Below are positions 23,915 through 34,900 of a stretch of 64,000 nt of DNA, in pieces. Source of the DNA: Podarcis muralis. Its lineage: Eukaryota. The stretch spans positions 99,200,001-99,264,000 of the forward strand of contig NC_135660.1 in the NCBI RefSeq assembly GCF_964188315.1, in the 5' to 3' direction. A program made the position numbers and the translations under genes. Numbering within the stretch: the first letter of the stretch is position 1; every line of letters starts with the position of its first letter. Below the pieces are notes generated by a model. It saw only the letters and a list, made by a program, of their open reading frames with translations. It did not search any database and had not been told where the DNA came from.

Positions 23915-24246
23915 CTGACTTCGGACTTCACGTTGTTTTTCATTATTCAGCACTCACCAACACGTCGTTCATCCACGTAGTGGATCCCTGGTGAGTGCTC
24001 CCGTGTGATTTCTTTCGGACTTCATGCTGTTTTACAACGTTCAGCCTCACCTCGCCCGGCAGGGCTGCAGACGCGTCGTTCATCCACGTAGTGGATCCCC
24101 GGTGAGAGCTCCCGTGTGAATGTGATTCTGGACTACGTTACGGACTTATCAGCACTTACCTCGCCCGGCAAGGGCTTCAGGCGCCATTCATCCTTCCGAG
24201 GATCCCTGGTAAGTTGCTCCCTGCTCTTTTTGCAACTCTTGCAATC

Positions 24247-25482
24247 ATGGGAAAGTCTCTCTCTGCACCACAGAAAAATTTTTTTAAAGACCTTAAATTC
24301 CTTTTGGCCAGTAACAACCTTGCTGTTCGGAAAGCTGACCTTAAGTCCCTTATAAAAGCCCTGGACACTCACTGTCCCTGGTTCCCCCAGGACGGAAATT
24401 GGGAGTTAGACGATTGGAAAAAAATTGGACACTTCTTTCAAAATCATCCTCAGATTGATGTCAAGGTTTTGCATGCCTGGGGTAACGTCTACAAAGCTAT
24501 GTCGTGCTTAACTCCTTCAAACATTCTTCTGGCTGCTGCAACAGCTTCTTCGCCCGCCCTCCAAGCTCCCGCTCTGCCTGCCTCAAACCTACCTCCTAAA
24601 CCGCCGGACATTCTCCCTTCGCCTCCTCCTGTCTCTCCCCTGCATTCTTCAAATTCTGCAGCACCCCCCGCTCTTCCACCTCCTCTGCCCAAGGCATCTG
24701 GCACCGCTTCCACCCCACTTCAAGAATCTCTCCGTGCCGCCGCTCCGTTGTTGGCTTTTGATTCTACAACTCCTAATCTTTTTCCTGTGATTGCTCCTGC
24801 CGCCCCAGGGGGAGGCCCAGCCCGGCACGAACAGTTTGATTTGAGATTCATAAAGGAACTGTATTCTTCTGTCAAGGACAATGGCCCTGCACCCCCAGCC
24901 CCCATTATGCTGAACCAAACTGATGTTCTTGATGGCTTAACTGGCGAAGGCAATTTTCTTACTATTGCCCAACAGTTGGCCCTTGATTCCATGTATTGGA
25001 CAGCTACTACTGCTGCCGCCCAAGAAGCCTTGTCCTCTGTTCCTGATGACAAGAATGAGCGAGATGGCCGTTGGGGCAGCATCAGACAGGGCCCTACAAA
25101 GCCCTATGGACAATTTGTCGATCGCTTGGATAACACTCTTAAGCGGCAAGTTCAGGACGTAGCAGCCCAAGAACTGATTGTCCGCCAGCTTGCGTTTGAG
25201 GACTGTAAGCAAGCACTACGCCCTTTGATGACAACTCCTAATATAGCCATTGCAGATGTGCTTAAAGCCTGCCAGTCAGTGGACACTGAGACACATAAAG
25301 CTTGCCTGCTAGCCACAGCTTTGTCTTCCACCGTGTCCCAGAATCCTGCAAAGGATAAAACCTGCTTTGGATGTGGCAAAGTGGACTATTTTCGTGCGCA
25401 GTGCAGATCTACCGCACAGCAATGTCACTCCAGCACAAAGTGCCCCATCTTTGATACAGGCCAGGACTTGTCAATTTTCTGA
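24247..25482 (+). CDS. gag: Betaretrovirus-like Gag, open but internally deleted (411 aa)
   Basis: MGKSLS myristoylation motif; MA CPWFPQDGNWELDDWKKIG (class II type); Pro-rich region; CA major homology region IRQGPTKPYGQFVDRL; degenerate zinc knuckle CFGCGKVDYFRAQC. Confidence 0.9.
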   Translation: MGKSLSAPQKNFFKDLKFLLASNNLAVRKADLKSLIKALDTHCPWFPQDGNWELDDWKKIGHFFQNHPQIDVKVLHAWGNVYKAMSCLTPSNILLAAATASSPALQAPALPASNLPPKPPDILPSPPPVSPLHSSNSAAPPALPPPLPKASGTASTPLQESLRAAAPLLAFDSTTPNLFPVIAPAAPGGGPARHEQFDLRFIKELYSSVKDNGPAPPAPIMLNQTDVLDGLTGEGNFLTIAQQLALDSMYWTATTAAAQEALSSVPDDKNERDGRWGSIRQGPTKPYGQFVDRLDNTLKRQVQDVAAQELIVRQLAFEDCKQALRPLMTTPNIAIADVLKACQSVDTETHKACLLATALSSTVSQNPAKDKTCFGCGKVDYFRAQCRSTAQQCHSSTKCPIFDTGQDLSIF

Positions 25483-25720
25483 AGCACATCTTAGATCACA
25501 TATTGGTCACCCTGGTTATTTGGCAAAAAGAATTTTACGCCTGCTGAACTTCATTTCTGGAAGGAAGAAATATTGCAGCGTCCTTTGGTGTCTTACAGGT
25601 TGCTTCCAGATCCACAGTGGAAGGGTCCAACTCCCTTGATTTCCTGAGGACCTCCCACTTAATCTCAACCTGCACTGCAGTTGGAGACATCGCCATATTG
25701 ATGTGCCCTGGATAAAGTCA
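25483..25720 (+). pseudogene. Integrase C-terminal remnant (pro/RT/RNaseH absent)
   Basis: Translates ...LVSYRLLPDPQWKGPTPLIS*G..., the W(K)GP motif of class II IN C-termini, with an in-frame stop; only about 800 bp separate the gag stop from the env ORF. Confidence 0.65.
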
Positions 25721-26294
25721 CCTTCCACAGCTGTTGTAGTGTTTCCTGGCACGTTGAAAGACCATCTTCGTTCCTACCCCTTTTTCTCTGGGAAGCCACT
25801 TCAACCATCAAATATCATTACAGTTTTGCTGCCTCTTGTTTGGGAAATGAGCCTGGCTTTGAAGGATGCCCTCGCCGGACCAGCATCGCTTGGACTTTAC
25901 CCCCCAGATCTCTTCTTCTTTTCTCCTCCCTCAGGAGTCCTGCCCTATGATGTATTCCCCTGAGCATGTACAGAAAACTGTCTTTGAACAATTGTGGACT
26001 CTTGGCAGGGGAGGGGGTGAGGGGATTTCAGTGTGTTCCAGTTGTTTCATTCTTGTGCTTTGGCATGGTTCCCGGACAGAGGGCAGGTTGTGTGTGTTTC
26101 TTTATCAAGGCCTGAGAAGACAATGGGCTCTGTTCTCTACCTTGTTGCAATTTTTTTAAGTTACAGCAAGCAGCATATGCTTGGCTAGTGCCTTTTAGCT
26201 GCTGAGAAGCATGATTTTGAAAAGCTCTGAGAAGCCTTGAGCTTGTTTTGGTGGTGGTATTCCAGTAAATGCTTCATATAAGATTAGCAATAAT

Positions 26295-27347
26295 ATGAAG
26301 GACAATCGCATAAGTTTACCTCCTGTATTTCTATCGCTTGTAGAATTAGCTCCTTATTGTTTTCATTTTAATCACAGTAGCAAAAAAATTTTAGGTCATT
26401 ATCCATATTGTAATTGGACACATGAATACATTAATGAATCTTCTTGTTTTCTTAATGTTACAACCATGAGTGGCAGACCAAAGGTTTTAATTAATAATGT
26501 CCCAACTTACATGACCTATGAACAACAAGCTGCGTGTAGAGACTTTTATGTTTGGTTCGACTGGATGAGAAAGAGCAGCAGAACTACATGTTTGCTTCAA
26601 TCTGATTTATGGTTATTTTGTGGCACACGTGCCTACAAAGAAATCCCCTCTGCCTTTTCTGGTACCTGCACGTTAGGTATAGTAGTACCCTTGGTATATA
26701 AAATAGATAAGCTCCCAGCGGTCCGTTTGCGTAACAGAAGGGAAGTACAATCACCTATTTCTCAATATACAGGGACAGCCATCTCTAGGTCCCTTCTGCC
26801 TTCTTTAGGTGCAGCCATGAATTACCGTGATTTGCATAAATTGGCAAACTGGACAGAAAATTTGTTTAATTCCACCATTTTGGCTTTAAAAATGATTAAC
26901 AAAGAAATATCAGAAATAAGAAATGTAGTTCTTCAACATCATTATGCTTTAGATGTGATCCTTGCTTCTAAAGGTGGAATTTGTGCCTTAATTCATTCTC
27001 ATTGCTGCATGTATATAACTGATCAATCGGCCAATATCTCTGCTACTATTGATCATATGGAACAAATGATAGCCCATAATCCTTTGAATCCACCTGAAGG
27101 TTTTGATCCATGGGAGTGGTTGTCTTCTTGGCTACCTAATGGATTATGGTTAAGAAAAATATTATTGATTGTAATTGCATGTATTGCTGGCTTCATTATG
27201 GTGTGTTGTTGCATTCAATGCATACCCTCTTTGATTTCCCAATGCACTGCATGGTGGTACCGACCACGGCCCACCACAGGGGTTACAAGAGGAATTTATG
27301 TTGCAAAGTGTAGACGCTTAGGCAATGAAGTGTACGATTTGGACTAA
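26295..27347 (+). CDS. env: Gamma-type Env, N-terminally truncated SU plus intact TM (350 aa)
   Basis: LFCGTRAYKEIPSAFSGTCTLG SU motif; furin site RNRR; ISD LQHHYALDVILASKGGIC; CX6CC (CALIHSHCC); hydrophobic anchor. A signal-peptide-like MGSVLYLVAIFL at 26123 is in another frame with intervening stops. Confidence 0.88.
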   Translation: MKDNRISLPPVFLSLVELAPYCFHFNHSSKKILGHYPYCNWTHEYINESSCFLNVTTMSGRPKVLINNVPTYMTYEQQAACRDFYVWFDWMRKSSRTTCLLQSDLWLFCGTRAYKEIPSAFSGTCTLGIVVPLVYKIDKLPAVRLRNRREVQSPISQYTGTAISRSLLPSLGAAMNYRDLHKLANWTENLFNSTILALKMINKEISEIRNVVLQHHYALDVILASKGGICALIHSHCCMYITDQSANISATIDHMEQMIAHNPLNPPEGFDPWEWLSSWLPNGLWLRKILLIVIACIAGFIMVCCCIQCIPSLISQCTAWWYRPRPTTGVTRGIYVAKCRRLGNEVYDLD

Positions 27348-27391
27348 TGGTCCCTCTTTTCCTCTAATAATATAAACAAGAAAAGGGGATA

Positions 27392-27725
27392 TGTGGGAAA
27401 ATGATTGCTTGTACATGAGAGCATGAGCAAGGTTCTTATTGTTACAGGGTGATTTCATAGCTAGAAGCATCCTTGGAGCATGAACAGCGCGTGAACAGCT
27501 CGTGCTGTCCTATGATTGGCTAATGTGGCATGGCCTGATGCTCGCATAAGTCTAGTGCGAAGGTCCTTATCTGCTTGCTAGAACAAATTGCTTGGCTTGT
27601 ACTTTGTATCTTTCTGATTTCACACAATAAAAGCTGCGCTGCATCAGCCCTAGGAGCAGCCATATTTCGGAACTTATTATGATGTGAGACTGACTTTTCT
27701 TTGGATGCCGAGCTGCAACTCGACA
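27392..27725 (+). repeat. 3' LTR of the provirus
   Basis: Preceded by the PPT, followed by the TSD ccccat; matches the 5' LTR. Confidence 0.97.
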
Positions 27726-27929
27726 CCCCATGGATAACTGGGGCAAAGTCCACTCTCTCCAGATAGGCTGGATAAGGACCTAATTGGACCCTAAGCTGGT
27801 AAAAGCTGCCCCTGGCCTCTACCACCACCAGCATTCCCAATTAGCGCTGAGTCCACTGAGTTCTACAAAGGACAAACAGGCCAGTCTCTATACAAAAGAA
27901 AGAATGAATACAAATTTAAAATCAGGAAA

Positions 27930-28068
27930 GGCCTGGGTAGCTCAGCTGGTTAGAGTACGGTGCTGATAACACCAGATTCGCAGGTTTGAGCACCATACGG
28001 GGCAGCTGCACATTCCTGCATTGCAGAATCCTCAAAGTCCCTTCCAACTCTGCAATTCTATGATTCTA
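27930..28068 (+). mobile_element. tRNA-Ile-derived SINE with CR1-type 3' tail
   Basis: Head ggcctgggtagctcagctggttagagtacggtgctgataacacc resembles tRNA-Ile; tail gtcccttccaactctgcaattctatgattct is a CR1 3' end. Confidence 0.75.
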
Positions 28069-28199
28069 AGGCAATACTGAGCAGCCCTATTTAGGATCCA
28101 CTCTGCTCACCCCCAAAAGGGAAAGGGCTAGAAAAGGTGCTCTAAACATAGTCTGCCTCCCTTTTTCCCTGACTGGATTACCGAGCCCTGAAGGGTCAC

Positions 28200-28350
28200 C
28201 ACCCAGCAGTCATAAAAGACAATTGAACTTTGGAACTGGAATATACAGAATTTGTTGGATAACACAGATAATGAGAATCCCGAGCACAGGACTGCCATCA
28301 CTGCAAGAGAGTTGCAACCTTTTAACATTGATATTGCAGTGCTTCAGGGT
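28200..28350 (+). mobile_element. RTE-clade LINE endonuclease N-terminal fragment
   Basis: Frameshifted translation NFGT(W)NIQNLLDN...RTAITARELQPFNIDIAVLQ matches the APE start motif of RTE elements. Confidence 0.65.
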
Positions 28351-28593
28351 TAGCAAAATACTCTTTTTTTTTTTTTTTTTTGGCATTTTCCTGCATCATC
28401 AGGACTATGAAACATTTCAATTAAAGCAAGGCTTTTCTAAGGTTTGTGCTTGTCTATTTTGCTTTGCATGACCTGCAATATGTATTTGTATCTTGCTCTT
28501 CCACCAGGAACTCCAGGTTATATGCATGATTCCCTCCACCTGTTATCTTTGCAACAGCCTTATGAGGTAAGGTAGGCTAAGTTCCTGCCAATA

Positions 28594-28947
28594 CAGTGGT
28601 ACCTTGCAAGACGAATGCCTCGCAAGACAAAAAACTCGCTAGACGAAAGGGTTTTTTGTTTTTTGAGCTGCTTCGCAAGACGATTTTCCCTATGGGCTTG
28701 CTTTGCAAGACGGAAGCGTCTTGCAAGTTTGTTTCCTTTTTCTTAACACCGTTAATACAGTTGCGACTTGACTTCGAGGAGCAACTCATAGAACGCGGTG
28801 TGGTAGCCTTTTTTGAGGTTTTAAAAGACTTTGGTATTTTTGAAGCTTTTCCAAAACTTTCCCGACACCGTGCTTCACAAGACGAAAAAAATCGCAAGAC
28901 GACAAAACTCGCGGAACGAATTAATTTCGTCTTGCGAGGCACCACTG
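28594..28947. mobile_element. Tc1/mariner-type MITE (354 bp)
   Basis: TIRs cagtggtacctt...gaggcaccactg, TA flanks. Confidence 0.85.
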
Positions 28948-29639
28948 TAGATCAGAGCTTTCCAAACTGTGTGTTGCAACATGCTAGTGTGTTGGCTGCA
29001 GTGTGTGGGTGTGTCATGCAAATGCTCCCCGCGCTCTTATGGATTAGTTTAACCTCCAGTTTGCTAGTAAAACTGAATTGCTGTGTCATGAAATGATGCA
29101 TGTCTAAAAAGTGTATCCCCAACATGAGAAGTTGGGAAAACTCTGCAATAGATTGTGGGGTCTGCTGTGTGTGAGCAGAGGAAGGCAATCTACAAAGAGT
29201 TTATTGGGCCCCCAAAATCCTGTCGGCATCCCTGCTCTGGAGGAACATTTGGTTGTCATAACCAACAACCTCCCTGCCCCCAAAAAACTTCAGCTACACA
29301 ACCTTAAATTGCTGTGGCCCAAGAACGATCCCTTCAGCTTCATTCACTCCACTCCCCATTGCCATCAAATGTGTTGTGCTTTTCTTTTTTCTTTTTAACA
29401 TTCGAGTTTTATGCGTGATCCAGCAGTTAAAGTAATGCGTAAGGTGTTACAGGAGAGGCAGTACCTCTGGTGGGGGGCATGTTGTGCTCCTTCTGGTGTC
29501 GCCACCCTGCACTTAGCTCTCACCTGTGGCTCCTAGAAGCTGCCAGCGTGTGACAGAGGACACACCCCAACTGGCTGGCTAAAACAGGTGAGGGTAGGCA
29601 ATGGGTCTCAAACCCTTGGTGAGTTAGGAACTTTCTCTG

Positions 29640-29800
29640 AATGCAAAGACAGCTTGTAACTCCTTCAAAAAAGGAAATGTGATCTGTCTGACAGGACTTA
29701 TTTTTGAGAAACCCATGCTGGGTCATAGTAGTCACAGCATCTTTTTCTAAATGTTCACGGAAAGACCATTTGATTATCTTTTCTAGGACCATTCCTGGTA
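29640..29800 (-). mobile_element. CR1 LINE RT fragment
   Basis: Translates MVLEKIIKWSFREHLEKDAVTTMTQHGFLKNKSCQTDHISFFEGVTS, matching CR1 ORF2 QHGF.KNKSCQTNLISFF. Confidence 0.8.
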
Positions 29801-29999
29801 CAGTGGTACCTCGGGTTCCATACGCTTCAAGTTACATACGCTTCAGGTTACAGACTCCGCTAACCCAGAAATAGTATCTCGGGTTAAGAACTTTGCTTCA
29901 GGATGAGAACAGAAATTGTGCAGCAGCAGCAGGAGGCCCCACTAGCTAAAGTGGTGCTTCAGGTTAAGAACAGTTTCAGGTTAAGAACGGACCTCCGGA
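29801..29999. mobile_element. Truncated Tc1/mariner-type MITE
   Basis: Left TIR ta|cagtggtacctcggg; body matches 41045-41275; right TIR missing. Confidence 0.75.
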
Positions 30000-30066
30000 C
30001 TCAACATGAGTGATTTGCTGTTGTCTTTTGAACCTATGTTTTCTTAGTGTTAAGTAGATTTATACT

Positions 30067-30561
30067 CAGGGGCGCCGACTTATAAAAAATATTGGGGGGG
30101 CCCATACCGGGGTCCTGCCCCGGGAAGTTTTCTAAGTTCCAATGTCAGCGGCGCCCGGCAGAGCAGCCCTCTCGGCCACGGCAGCCCGGCTCTCCCAGCC
30201 CCCGGGGGCCGTCCTCCTCCCTCGCGCACCCGCAGCGTTCCCGCCCAGGGAGGCGGCGCCCCCAGGAGAGGCGGCGGCGGCAGCAGCAGCCGCGCGCGGC
30301 CCGGGCTCCCCTCGCCGGCCGCGGGAGCCAAGGCGCGCGACGAGGGCAGCCGAGGAAAGGAGCGCGCAGCCCCGTCCCGCCCTCGCCACTCACCTTTCTG
30401 CAGCGGCCCCGCCGCCGCGGCGGCGACTCCCGCAGCGCCTTTTCCGCAAGGCCCGGGTGACGTCACCGGCGGAGGACGTTTCCGCTGCGCGCGCCCAATA
30501 ATTTTCTTAAATTTTTGAGGGGGCTCGGGCCCCCTCAGGCCCCATGGAGTCGGCGCCTATG
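30067..30561. mobile_element. Non-autonomous hAT element with GC-rich captured interior
   Basis: TIRs caggggcgccgact / agtcggcgcctatg (12/14 match); perfect 8-bp TSD tttatact (30059-30066 and 30562-30569). Confidence 0.9.
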
Positions 30562-31966
30562 TTTATACTTTAGCAGAGCAACTTGTAAAATTTGGGAGGG
30601 TGAATTCAAGTCTCATAGTCAGGTATCAAATCTTCTCATCACTGCACAGTACAGCTGCTTCACATGGCTCCTACCACTGTGCCACTGGGTATGAAAACAT
30701 CTGCCATTGCAGGAAAAGGAAGGAGGAGCACACAGCCAAGCCCTCGGGGACAGAATGAAAGGGAGGGGGCACAGCCACAACAGCAGGGGCAGACTTAGGG
30801 GAGCGCAATCCGTTTGCTCGCACTGGGTGCTGAGCCAAGAGGGGGTGCAGGGGGGGCTGCAACAATGATAAATAACAGAAGGCAAAGTGGGGGCACCAAC
30901 ATTTGGCACCACACAAGGCGCCACTGACATTTTAAAGCCCAAAGTCCACCTGTTCCTCTCCAGAGCAATACTGTGTGTCAGTCAGATGGGTAGAAGCAAC
31001 CTTATTTTAATTATGTTTTATTATTTTATGTAAATTAAAGAAATAAACACAATTCAAGGAGCAATTGTCAAAGACCAAAACTTTGTGAAACCTATAGAAT
31101 TTATTCAAATGAGCAGGAAAAGTTAACACTGAAGGGATGTTTACTATGGTTTCATTAAAAAAGAAAACCCCACCCCACTTTAACTTCTTAAACATCAAAC
31201 ATATATTGTGCAATAAGAGTGGAATTCTTAAGAAAAGGTGTAGACTAATTGTATGAACAAACACTTCTAACTACATAGAGTAACTATCTTGTGTTAACAA
31301 CTAGGTAATGTTAAACTAAGACACCTGGATGCAGCCACAGAAAACTGGCTTCCTGGAAAATGATGAAATTTGAGTTTAAAACTAAGAGAGGAAGGCATGC
31401 TGTGTAAAGCATTTCTATTCCATTACCATCAAAAGTTTCTATATATGCAGTGAATCCTGCCTGCTGGTTATCTCTGGTTATCACTCATCTTTATTTGGAA
31501 AACTTTGGAGCTGTTGAGATAAATTTGTGGTAGGGATACAAGCTGGATAATAATCACAGTTCAGCAGCTGTGTGCCAAACCCATACCCAAGGCATAGCAA
31601 CATCTATTTCACATGTAACTGGTCTGTTCCCCATCTTTTTAGAGGTTCTCACTCCTGTGCAGAAACATGTGCATGCTGAGAAGTTCCTGAAATTAGTGAA
31701 TCAGTGTATATTTCGAATGTATATGTTCACTTCACTGATAAGTCTTCTGCCAGTAATTATGGAAATCACTAGAGATATCAGAGATGGGGATCACTGAAAG
31801 GTGACTGATAAGTTACCTTAACGCAAGTTTGGGTATTTGGATGATATAGCAAGAAAATGTATAGGATGTATAAGAAATGTATAGGAAAACATTGCAGAAA
31901 TTAATCAATTTCTTATCAATCTCTTTTTCAAACTGGAAGGTAAGCTATTTATCAATTATTCTATTA

Positions 31967-34900
31967 TTATTCTTCCTTTTTAAACTGTTGCACATAGTTT
32001 TTTCTTTGTTTTCCATACAGCATCCTGTTAAACATGACTGTCTGTGTTGTGGTCCGTGTACCAGTGGTCACAAAAACCCATGCACTATAGATCTTTTGGA
32101 TCACAAAATCCATCATTTCAGCTTCGTGTGCATGTTCTGGATAGATAGATCTCTTTGCCTCCGTATAAGCAGAGATCATAATAGCTTGCAATAAATTGAG
32201 GAAAACACAAATCATCACAAACAAAAAGGAAGTTAAAAAGAGCCCTGCCAGAAACCTATCAGCTGCAAATTCAGTTCCCCTAAATGCTAAGGCGCAGTAA
32301 GATAACACAGTAGTAAAGGAATAAAGCAAAGTACGGTAACTTTCTTCGTGTTGGCCAAATCCTAAATACCCAACTGACATATATGCAAAAAAAAAAATGG
32401 CCCCTCCTACAGACAAGTTAGTAATTGTAGGAAGAGCTTCAAACAATGACTTTTGGGCCAAGCGGACATCAAACATAAACCTGAGATACCGGTATGTTTT
32501 CATAACGAGGAAAAAAGCCAATAATGCCTTAACTGTTCTGACAACTCGATCGAAATGAGCAGCTGCATGGAAGGGAATGAATTGTTCTTGATTATACAAA
32601 TAAAACTGTATTAACTCAAAAGCAAGCTTAAGTCTGAATAGAATCAGCAGCAAAAAAATTAGACAGACTGTCTTAATTCCAAAATTAATTAAATTGGCAG
32701 CTGTTTTTATATAATTCAGCCTTTCTTGACGCAGCATGCGATATTCATCCACAATATAAAATATAAGTATAGCTACAATACATAAAAAAAAGAAAACTTG
32801 ACTACTGGTTCGGTCAGCTAAAAGTGGGAGCTTATAAGAATGAACTGACACACTGCTGACAAGAGGGCCAACATATGAACATTCAAATATGACAGAAATA
32901 CTGCAAAACAGATCTGCATCTGGATTAAAAGTGGTCAGCTCAATAATAGTTACCCAGGTCCTGTGATCAAGCCAGGTGTTGCTTTCCAAAGTCTTCAATC
33001 TTTCTGTTGAATTTATTTGTGGTTCTCCTGTGAAAAAATAAAAGCTGTATCCTCTGGATGGGTAGCTGTTTAATTCTCCATATGACACATATTCCCACTC
33101 AGCAATGCTTTGTTCATAAGTGTAGCCTGAAAAGCTGGTGGGGTTGGCAGCTGGACGATTGACTGGAGCTGACCACGACCCATTGTAGTCAGCTTGATCT
33201 TCTGGGTCACCTCCATATCGGTGTACACAGTGAATATCCGTCAGAAATGCTTTTTGAAAGCTATGTAGATAGGTACATGCCCTGTCAGAATGTATACCTC
33301 TTATTTGTCTCATTCTGGGCGACCCAAGGACTTTGGACCAGGTCTCTGAAAGATAGGTTGGTTGATAGTCATTGTGTATCAACGGCAGAAGGATTTTTTC
33401 CACCCATTTGTAAATATCTTCTACTTTATTTACTTCAGATAAACCAAGAGAAAATTTCTTACGCATAAATCGATTGTAGTGAAAGCTACTGGTGGTTTCT
33501 GTAGGATGAGTATACTTTAAAATTAAAGCTAAAAAGACAAAGTGACAGACCATATTTTTTGCTAAAATATAACCTAGACTCTTAACAGTTGCTTTTTTCC
33601 TCAATATTATAAGCTCTTCGCCTTTAATTGGTTGGTATTTCTTTGAAGCTCTAAGTTTGACAAGGTTATCACGTAACTGTCTCATCTCATTTGCAGGGAT
33701 AGTTCTGTCATTAAACTTAAGATCTTGGTATCTTGTCCATGGGATATTTCTGCAGTATTTTGGATAAATGGTATTCCAGGCTGTAAAAAAAACTACCTTA
33801 AAGGTCTCAAGGAAAAGCACAGTTAGGCAAAATGAGGTAATGGAAGCTATTAACCACTCAAAAGAGGTTTTAGTGGAATAGGGTTGGCCAAGTAGTACAA
33901 TGAAGAATGAGAGCACACCAGATACAGAAAGCACAATGATCCAGGCGATGTATAGAACCCACCAAGTAGACTGTGGTTTGTGTATTTTCTCAGAAAATGT
34001 TTCATTTTCTGCTGCAACATTATTGCTGGAATTGGTGTCTCTGTGGGGGAATTGCTGGGACTTCATCTCTGAGGGTGGAGCAGCTTTTAAATTGCCTTCT
34101 TCACAAAGGTTTTCAGATGAAAAGGAGGAACTTCCTTTTGGGTGAGCTTGAGCTACATTGTGGGCTGAAGGTTTCTTTGATAAATGCTTAAACAAGGTTA
34201 CTAGAATCAATTGCACAGGAACTGAAATCAAAGAACTTTCTATTCCAATTGTTATAGATCTCAAATACTGCAGTTCTACTGAATAAATATGTTGGTCAAT
34301 ATCGTTGAAGAATATAGTGTTAAACATCAGGGAGCTTAACAGTATTGCTAAGCAACAAGTCAGCCTGAGGAATCTGCTGAAAGAGTCATCGTCTAAATGG
34401 ACAAAGACAGACAGCCAAAGATGGTTCTTGAACAGGTCATTGCTAATCATAATACAAAAATAATCAGTCTTGCTTAAGGGTACACTGGGATTTGTAACAG
34501 TAAATGACCTTTCTATTTGGCAATCATCCCTGCCAGGATCAAACCATTTCCTACATATAAATAGCCATGACTGTTTGGTATCCATGTTTTGTACTTGGAT
34601 TCGGCTTAAGAACCAGTTAGGACCAAAGCCATGATTATTGCGCCAGATATGAAGAGAACAAATGTTTCCTAAGTCTCTCTCAGTAGTTAAGAGAAAGGTG
34701 TCAATGGATCCTTCCTGGAAGATCCCTGGGAACTGTGGATGTTTTAAATGATGTACATCACTGGCCCCATTTTGGCCAATCAGTTCAATGAAGACATCAG
34801 CATTGGTGCCTGATCTTAAACGACTTCCTGTGTATATTGTGACTAGATACCTCACCTCGTGAAAGGGATCATTGTCTGGCAAATCTATGACCTGATCCCT

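Larger units (their letters stand above)
23564..27725 (+). mobile_element. Young defective endogenous retrovirus (LTR-PBS-gag-IN remnant-env-PPT-LTR), 4,162 bp
   Basis: TG...CA LTRs of 334 bp, identical by visual comparison; 6-bp TSD ccccat (23558-23563 and 27726-27731); PBS; PPT aagaaaaggggata (27378-27391); gag and env ORFs. Confidence 0.97.

Noticed and set aside
25640-26240. APOBEC-type G-to-A hypermutation of the provirus (TGA at likely Trp codons in IN and env)
   Set aside because: Only two suggestive sites and no helper consensus to compare; other lesions are deletions or different substitutions.
26295-27347. Env as a domesticated syncytin-like gene
   Set aside because: It lacks an in-frame signal peptide and sits in a provirus with identical LTRs, so it is too young to show long-term co-option.
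27930-28005. tRNA-Ile gene
   Set aside because: Degenerate T-arm and acceptor stem, and it runs into a CR1 tail: a SINE head.
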